NCBI GenBank assembly: GCA_031414955.1
Contig: JANOQV010000281.1
Span: 1 to 32,486, forward strand
DNA from: Pedosphaera sp.
GTDB taxonomy: Bacteria; Verrucomicrobiota; Verrucomicrobiia; Limisphaerales; SIBH01
DNA: 32,486 bases
Direction of reading: 5' to 3'
The position numbers and the translations under genes were made by a program. Below the pieces are notes generated by a model. It made no database searches, was not told the origin of the DNA, and saw only the letters and a program-made list of their open reading frames with translations. This document shows positions 8,744 to 14,906 of this stretch, in pieces; position 1 is the first letter of the stretch, and each line of letters begins with the position of its first letter.

Positions 8744-8882
8744 ACCCTGAAGGGGTTGAATCGCCGCGCGCGACAACTTGATTGATTCAACCCCGTTGGG
8801 GTTGGGGAAAAATAATGGGCTGCCACCCAGCGTAGCTCGTGCCTCGCAACCCTGGGCTGAGTGATTGCCATCCCTTCAGGAT
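8744..8882. repeat. Composite REP-like palindromic element
   Basis: ACCCTGAAGGGGTTGAATC (8744-8762) is inverted against GATTCAACCCCGTTGGGGT (8784-8802). Internal hairpin CCCAGCGTAGC...GCAACCCTGGG (about 8826-8856). CCCTTCAGG (8872-8880) is complementary to 8746-8754. Confidence 0.8.
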
Positions 8883-8903
8883 TTCCCGGCGGCAGAACTG
8901 TGC

Positions 8904-10094
8904 TCACGGCTTCTTCCCTCCCAGCAGCGACGACAGTTTTTCATTCGCCTTGCTCAAGTCCGCTGGCTTCGCCGGCTCGGCAAGTTTTTCCCCCAGGGCC
9001 GAAGCAGTTGGTGCAGACTGCGTGAGCGAAGCCAGTTTTCCCTCATTCACCGTCGGCGTGCTCGGGGCCGAGACGGCTGGTTCGTCTTTCACTGTCACTG
9101 CCGCCGCCGTAAACCGTTCCAAAATCTTCTCCGAAGCCGGAGCCGTTCCACCTTCGCCCTTCAAATACGCCGCCACCTTCGCGCCGCCGACCGCGCCGGA
9201 AGTCGCCGCCGATTGCGCCCGCGCCTTCTCCACCACGTCGAGGAAGTAGCTCTCCAGATTCTGCGTCGGCGTATCGACGCGCACTTTGTCGTCGCTCACG
9301 TCGCGGCGGATGATTTCCAAGACCAGGGTCATCGTCGCGCGCGATAAGGTCGGCGTGGTGATGCGCACGGCGTCGGGGGTGGCGAGGAGTTCCTTGAGCG
9401 TGCCTTGCGCCTGGATTTTGCCGCCGTAGTAAATCACCACGCGGTCGCACACGTCCTCGACATCGGAGAGCAGGTGGCTGCTGAGAATCACCGTCTTGCC
9501 GCGGCGGGCCAATGCCACGATGAGATCCTTCACCTCGCGGCAGCCGATGGGATCGAGTCCCGCCGTCGGCTCGTCGAGAATCACCAGGTCGGGATCATTA
9601 ATAAGCGCCTGCGCCAGGCCGATGCGGCGTTGCATGCCCTTCGAGAACTCGCCAACGGCCCGCGTGCGCGCGCCGGTCAGGCCCACCATGTCGAGCAACT
9701 GCTCCGAGCGCCGCGCGCGTTCCTCCTTCGGCAGCGTGAAAAGGTTGCCGAAGAAATCCAGCGTCTCGCGCGAGTCGAGGTAGCGGTACAAATACGACTC
9801 CTCTGGCAGGTAGCCGATGCGCGCCTTCGTCTTCACGTCGCGCGGCGAGCGGCCAAACACCTCGATCACGCCCTTGGTCGGATGCAGTAGTCCGAGCAGC
9901 ATCTTGATCGTCGTGGACTTGCCGGAGCCGTTCGGCCCGAGCAACCCGAACACCTCGCCGCGCCGCACCTCGAAGTCCACGCCATCCACCGCCCGGGCCT
10001 TGGGCCGGCCCCAGAAATCCTTGAAGACCTTCGTCAACCCGCGCACGGCGATGGCGGTTTCCGTGGAGTGCGGAGCGGGTTCAATAGCGGTCAT
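8904..10094 (-). CDS. ABC transporter ATP-binding protein with a long Ala/Pro/Ser-rich C-terminal extension
   Basis: Walker A GPNGSGKST, signature FSKGMQRR, Walker B VILDEP, H-loop SSH. Start taken at MTAIEP (10094). Confidence 0.93.
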   Translation of the reverse strand: MTAIEPAPHSTETAIAVRGLTKVFKDFWGRPKARAVDGVDFEVRRGEVFGLLGPNGSGKSTTIKMLLGLLHPTKGVIEVFGRSPRDVKTKARIGYLPEESYLYRYLDSRETLDFFGNLFTLPKEERARRSEQLLDMVGLTGARTRAVGEFSKGMQRRIGLAQALINDPDLVILDEPTAGLDPIGCREVKDLIVALARRGKTVILSSHLLSDVEDVCDRVVIYYGGKIQAQGTLKELLATPDAVRITTPTLSRATMTLVLEIIRRDVSDDKVRVDTPTQNLESYFLDVVEKARAQSAATSGAVGGAKVAAYLKGEGGTAPASEKILERFTAAAVTVKDEPAVSAPSTPTVNEGKLASLTQSAPTASALGEKLAEPAKPADLSKANEKLSSLLGGKKP

Positions 10095-10339
10095 GCGAGT
10101 TATCCTTCGGAACAAAGTCTTCGAAACACTTCGAACAAACCTGTTTTGTCAAAACGATGGCGGCCGATGTCCAGCCACGCATCGTAAATGGAATCGTCAC
10201 CAACCGGAGCATCCACGCAGGCGTTTTTTGGTGAGCCGGGAGCCGATCCGACCAGACCAAGATCGCCAAAGCCCCCAGGGCCAGCGAACCGGGGCAAGGA
10301 CTCGGCGTACAAGTGGGGCTTTTCATCTGCGACGGTGGC

Positions 10340-11617
10340 CTAGTTCAAAGGCATCCCGCGGCGGATGTAGGTCGGCACGTCGAGATCCTGCCCGAGATGA
10401 ATGGTCGGCTGGCTTTTCTCAAACCGTCCCTTGGAGACGATCTCCAACGGCAACTGCCCTTGGCGCAGCTTGGACGTTTTCTTTTTCCCGCGGGCGCCGC
10501 TCTGCAACAGTTTGTCCGTCGCCTCGGCGGTGGTGGTTGGGGCCGGGGCGACGAAGCGCGAGGAGGATCGGCTCGCTGCCAGCGGGTCCATGATCTGCGT
10601 TTCCAACTCGGGCGCGCTCGCGGCGGCTTCTTCCGACCGCTCGGCGGCGGGCCGGCGCGACGCCACGACCGTGATGGCCAGACGCCCGGCGAAACTCTCT
10701 TCAATCGCTGCGCCCACGATGATGTGCGCGCTCTCGCACTGGCGGTTGATCTGCTGCATCACGCGATCCACCTCGGCCATGGTGAGGTCGGGACCGCCGA
10801 CGAGGCTGACCAGCACGGAGCTGGACTCGTTGAGCGCCTGCCCGCCGTCGAGCAGCGGATGCCTCATCAACTTCTCGAAGACTTCGCGCGCCCGGCCCTC
10901 GCCCGAGGCTTCGGCCATGGCCAGGGAATTCTCCGAATGCTTGCCGCGCGTCACCGAGCAGAGGTCGGCGAAATCGACGTTGATCAAGCCGGGACGGATC
11001 AACATGCGCCAGATGCCGCGCACGCCCTCGGCCAGCAACTCGTGCGTGATGGCGAACATCTCCACCATGCTGGTCTTCTCATCGACGAGCTTGAAGAGCT
11101 TCTGGTTGGGCACGCAGATGATGCCGTCCGCCGCGCCCTTCATCTCCAGCAGACCGAGTTGGGCCTGGCGCTGACGACGCCCGCCTTCCCACTCGAAGGG
11201 CAGAATCAACATGCCCAGCACGAGCGCGCCGCATTCCTTGGCCACCCGCGCCAGCACCGGCGAAGCGCCCGTGCCGGTGCCGCCGCCCATGCCAGCGGCG
11301 ATGAACACCACGTCCACGCCCTCGCACAGCGTTCTAAGTTTCGCGACATCCTCCTCGGCCGCAGCACGCCCGCGCTCGGGATCGCCGCCCGCGCCCATGC
11401 CGCGCGTGAGCTTCTCGCCCAGCACCAGCTTGCCGGGCAAGGGCGACTGTCCCAAGGCCGCGGCATCCGTGTTCAGCGCGACAATCTCCACGCCCTCGAA
11501 CGGCGCGCGCGCGATGTGGTTCACGGCATTGCAACCCGCGCCGCCCACGCCAAAAACCTTGATGCGGAAGCTGCGCCTCGGCGCGGAATTCTCGGGAGTA
11601 GTCTCGTTCGCCATCAT
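10340..11617 (-). CDS. ftsZ: Cell division protein FtsZ
   Basis: GVGGAGCNAVN, NTD, GMGGGTGTG tubulin signature, INVDFAD T7 loop, C-terminal DLDVPTYIRR peptide. Confidence 0.97.
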   Translation of the reverse strand: MMANETTPENSAPRRSFRIKVFGVGGAGCNAVNHIARAPFEGVEIVALNTDAAALGQSPLPGKLVLGEKLTRGMGAGGDPERGRAAAEEDVAKLRTLCEGVDVVFIAAGMGGGTGTGASPVLARVAKECGALVLGMLILPFEWEGGRRQRQAQLGLLEMKGAADGIICVPNQKLFKLVDEKTSMVEMFAITHELLAEGVRGIWRMLIRPGLINVDFADLCSVTRGKHSENSLAMAEASGEGRAREVFEKLMRHPLLDGGQALNESSSVLVSLVGGPDLTMAEVDRVMQQINRQCESAHIIVGAAIEESFAGRLAITVVASRRPAAERSEEAAASAPELETQIMDPLAASRSSSRFVAPAPTTTAEATDKLLQSGARGKKKTSKLRQGQLPLEIVSKGRFEKSQPTIHLGQDLDVPTYIRRGMPLN

Positions 11618-11620
11618 GCG

Positions 11621-12841
11621 TCAGCTCCGTTTGAAAATGTTCGTGATCGTGTCCTTGAGGCTCTGCAACCCGAGGCCACCCGTTTTCTTCTTCTGCTGGA
11701 AGCTGCCGTACTTCACCAACCCGATGGCGGTGGTGAACTCGGGATGATCGAGGGCGGACTTGAGACCGCTGATGGAGTTGGTCCGGCCCAGGGTGGTCGG
11801 CAACTGGAGGACGTTCTCGGAGAGCTTGTGAATGCCGGGAATGTTCGCACCCCCGCCACACAGCAGCACGCCGCAGCGCAGGTAATCGAGCAATCCGTTC
11901 GCGCTCAACTCCTGCTCGATAAGTTGGAAAATTTCCTCGATCCGCGCGGACATGATGCGGCGAAGGTGTTCGAGGTTGATGGTGCGCTCGGCCAGGCCGT
12001 TCTCGTTCGGCAACAGCACGCTCCGCCCTTTCACGCTGTCCTCCACGAACGCGCCGCCGTGCTCGAGCTTCAACTGCTCGGCCCGGCCCAGCGGCACCTT
12101 CAAGCCGTAGGCCAGATCGTTCGAGACATGATCGCCGCCCACCGCCAGCACGCCGGTGTACTTGATGATGCCGCCGCCATAGACCACGTACTCGGTGGTG
12201 CCACCGCCGATGTCGATGACGAGCGCGCCCAGTTCCTTCTGCTCCGGCGTCAACAACGCCAGGGCCGAGGCCAGGCCGTTGAACACGATGGCTTCGACGT
12301 CGAGTTGCAAACCCTTCACCGCGCGGATGGGATTTTGCAGGCGGTTGAAGTTTCCGTGCACGACGTGCATGTCCACTTCGACGCGCGCCCCCAACATGCC
12401 CACGGGATCGGTGATGCCGTTCTGGCCATCGACGAGAAAGTGCTGCCGGATGGCGTGCAGCACGTAATTCTCCGCCGGCAAATTGATGGCCTTGGCGTTC
12501 TTGATCACGTCCTCCACATCCTGGGGGGTGATTTCGCGATCTGCGGACACGACGGGATGCACGCCGCGGTTATTGAAGCCGTGAATATGACCGCCGCTCA
12601 CGCCGAGATACACACTGCGAATCTCCACGTCCGCCATCTGCTCGGCCTCGACGATGGCATTGCGAATGTCCTCGGACTGGGCGTTCAGATCGACGATTTC
12701 GCCCTTGCGCACGCCGCGCGAGCGCGCCTGGCCCACGCCGATGATGTTCAGCGCCCCTTGCGCGTTCACCTCACCGGCCACCGCGCACACTTTGGACGTG
12801 CCAATCTCCAGACCGACGATGATGGATGAAGGGTCAAACAT
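11621..12841 (-). CDS. ftsA: Cell division protein FtsA
   Basis: Start MFDPSSIIVGLEIGTSKV at 12841. Motifs DIGGGTTE, GGDHVSNDL, AEQLK, CGGGANIPG. Confidence 0.96.
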   Translation of the reverse strand: MFDPSSIIVGLEIGTSKVCAVAGEVNAQGALNIIGVGQARSRGVRKGEIVDLNAQSEDIRNAIVEAEQMADVEIRSVYLGVSGGHIHGFNNRGVHPVVSADREITPQDVEDVIKNAKAINLPAENYVLHAIRQHFLVDGQNGITDPVGMLGARVEVDMHVVHGNFNRLQNPIRAVKGLQLDVEAIVFNGLASALALLTPEQKELGALVIDIGGGTTEYVVYGGGIIKYTGVLAVGGDHVSNDLAYGLKVPLGRAEQLKLEHGGAFVEDSVKGRSVLLPNENGLAERTINLEHLRRIMSARIEEIFQLIEQELSANGLLDYLRCGVLLCGGGANIPGIHKLSENVLQLPTTLGRTNSISGLKSALDHPEFTTAIGLVKYGSFQQKKKTGGLGLQSLKDTITNIFKRS

Positions 12842-13763
12842 GTTTCTTCTTGTAGGGTGAGGCCTTGCGCTGCTTCGACGAAGGCGGCGGCAGGGCCGCG
12901 GCTTCCAGCCAGCGCAACGGCACATGCTCGGTGACGGACAGATCGAGCGAGGCAATCTGCCGCGACTGTTCCAGGCCCTTGGAATACACGAGCCACCAGC
13001 GATTCAGGTGTTTGTCGAAATCGGTGATGGGAAAAGTAATTTCGTTCTGCTGCGCGGTGCTGACTTGGAGGACATCCGAGGCCGTGACATCGACGCGCAC
13101 GATGTCCACCACCGGCGACATGGCCGAATGTTCGAAGGCAACCAGGAACCGCAGCGCGGCGCGAATTTGCGGCGACTCCACCGCCTTGCCCGCGCGCACC
13201 TCGACCGGGCCGGCCCCGGTGAGCGTCGGGCAGCGTTCCCCCGGCTGCGGCGGCAGGGAACGGTGCCGCGGATCGAGCGGCAACATCGCCACACCCTCGG
13301 CATCGAGAAGATAGATTTGCGTCGCGGTCTGAATCTGCGCCACCGGCTCGCGCTCCACCACACGGATGCGCAGGGTGTGCGGCAGCACGCGCTCGACGGA
13401 AACGCTTTGGATGGCCGGGAGCAATTCGAGGTCGCGCTTCACCCGCGCCAGATCGAGGGCAAACAGGTTCTGCTGGCGCTTGACCCCGGACCAGCGTCCG
13501 AGTTGCTCGGTCGAAAGCACGCCGTCGGTCTGGATGTCGATCTCGTGAATGGCAAACGCCTTGTTGGTATAGACGAAGTAGTCCATGCCCCAGGTGCCGC
13601 CGCGCCAGAGGAGAAAAAGGACGAAGACGGTGCCGAGCGAAAGGCCTGCAGCAAGGGTGGCGACGCGCACCCGCTGGCGCGTGGCCTGCCTCCGCGAGAC
13701 CTTCACGTCCAGGACTCGGCGGCGTTCAAACGCCCGGTTTTTTGGTTTCTTGAAAAACCACAT
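12834..13763 (-). CDS. ftsQ: Cell division protein FtsQ/DivIB (POTRA domain)
   Basis: Basic N-terminus, single TM helix, POTRA-like NLFALDL...VSVERVLPHTLRIRVVEREPVA. Located between ddl and ftsA. Confidence 0.88.
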   Translation of the reverse strand: MWFFKKPKNRAFERRRVLDVKVSRRQATRQRVRVATLAAGLSLGTVFVLFLLWRGGTWGMDYFVYTNKAFAIHEIDIQTDGVLSTEQLGRWSGVKRQQNLFALDLARVKRDLELLPAIQSVSVERVLPHTLRIRVVEREPVAQIQTATQIYLLDAEGVAMLPLDPRHRSLPPQPGERCPTLTGAGPVEVRAGKAVESPQIRAALRFLVAFEHSAMSPVVDIVRVDVTASDVLQVSTAQQNEITFPITDFDKHLNRWWLVYSKGLEQSRQIASLDLSVTEHVPLRWLEAAALPPPSSKQRKASPYKKKHV

Positions 13764-13811
13764 CGGCTCTCTCCCTCTGTGTTACGGCAGACGTCTCCGT
13801 CTCCCGTTGCG

Positions 13812-14738
13812 TTATCCAGCTTTCGTCCAGGGCGCTGGTCGATCAAGCGCCAGCTCGATCATGCGTTGACACAGCGCCTCGTAACTCAGCCCGGTGGCGG
13901 CGGCCGCCTTCGGCAGCAAACTGGTCTCGGTCATGCCCGGCAAGGTGTTCACTTCGAGCACGACCGGTTCGCCATTGCCACGCACCATCACATCCACTCG
14001 GGCGTAATCCCGTCCGCCAATCGCGCGAAACGCGCCCAGGGCGGCGGACTGAATGCGTTCGGTTATCACACAATCGAATGCGGCGGGGCAAAAGTATTCC
14101 GACGATCCGGGCGTGTATTTGTTGCGGTAATCGAAGGCGCCCTGCTTCACCCGCACCTCGACCACCGGCAAGGCCGCGCCGGCCAGAATGCCCACCGTCG
14201 TTTCGCGGCCCTCGATTTTTTCCTCCACGAGCAATTCTGTGTCGTAACGCAGCGCCTCCTGCAGCGCCGCCGGCCAGTCGCCAACGCGGTCCACGAACTG
14301 CAAACCCACGCTCGATCCCTGGCGCACCGGCTTCACCACCACGGGCGGCTGCCAGCCCATCGGCCACGGCGTCGTGGCCGAATTCACCACGACGAATTTC
14401 GCCGTCGGCACGCCCGCCTCCACGCAACGCTGCTTGGTGAGCACTTTGTCGAAGGCCAGGCGGCTCGCCTCGGAATCGCAGCCCGTGTAGGGCACGCCCA
14501 GTTGGTCAAGCTGCGCCTGCACCGTGCCGTCCTCGCCGTAGGTGCCGTGCAGCGCGAGGAACACGACCTGCGTTCCGGCGGGCAACACCCAGTCCGGCGT
14601 CTTCGGGTCCAGCTCGTGAACGGTATGCCCGAGCGAGCGCAACGCGCGCGCCACCGCCCCGCCCGTGCGCAGCGACACTTCGCGCTCGGCGCTGGGGCCG
14701 CCGAGCATGATGGTGATGGTGAGAGGGGTCGGATTCAT
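13812..14738 (-). CDS. ddl: D-alanine--D-alanine ligase
   Basis: GGPSAEREVSL, LHGTYGEDG, FDKVLTK, GSSVG, EVNTLPGMT. Confidence 0.96.
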   Translation of the reverse strand: MNPTPLTITIMLGGPSAEREVSLRTGGAVARALRSLGHTVHELDPKTPDWVLPAGTQVVFLALHGTYGEDGTVQAQLDQLGVPYTGCDSEASRLAFDKVLTKQRCVEAGVPTAKFVVVNSATTPWPMGWQPPVVVKPVRQGSSVGLQFVDRVGDWPAALQEALRYDTELLVEEKIEGRETTVGILAGAALPVVEVRVKQGAFDYRNKYTPGSSEYFCPAAFDCVITERIQSAALGAFRAIGGRDYARVDVMVRGNGEPVVLEVNTLPGMTETSLLPKAAAATGLSYEALCQRMIELALDRPAPWTKAG

Positions 14739-14754
14739 TGAAGACCTTCAAACG

Positions 14755-14890
14755 AAGATCCAAGATCCAAGATCCAAGATCCAGGGAAGCACCAAATTCC
14801 AAGCTCCAATCGTCCAAGCCGACTCTTCCGTCTGGTTGACGTTTGGAGCTTGGTGTTTCTCTGGAGCTTGGAGCTTGGAGCTTGGTGTTT
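14755..14890. repeat. Palindromic element built from 7-bp tandem units (AAGATCC/AAGCTCC)
   Basis: Left arm (AAGATCC)x4-AGGG-AAGCACC-AAATTCC-AAGCTCC-AA (14755-14809). Reverse complement of the right arm (14843-14890) is AAACACC-(AAGCTCC)x3-AGAG-AAACACC-AAGCTCC-AA. Confidence 0.9.
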
Positions 14891-14906
14891 CATGCGTCAG
14901 TTCCTG

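Noticed and set aside
8683..8907. 74-aa ORF between the ABC ATPase and permease
   Set aside because: It is largely a translation of the palindromic element at 8744-8882.
10081..10326. 81-aa minus-strand ORF filling the ftsZ-ABC gap
   Set aside because: Position is plausible, but there is no RBS or recognisable motif and it runs over promoter-like patterns. It cannot be supported without homologs.
10313..14741. Very long + strand ORFs (838 aa at 10313-12829, 605 aa at 12924-14741; similarly 1730-2833, 6074-7348, 24548-26167)
   Set aside because: Antisense shadows of well-supported minus-strand genes. GC-rich codon bias removes stop codons from the opposite frame, and the products have no recognisable motifs.
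14755..14890. Repeat arrays as a possible CRISPR
   Set aside because: The units are 7-bp tandem repeats in inverted arms with no unique spacers, and there are no cas genes in the window.
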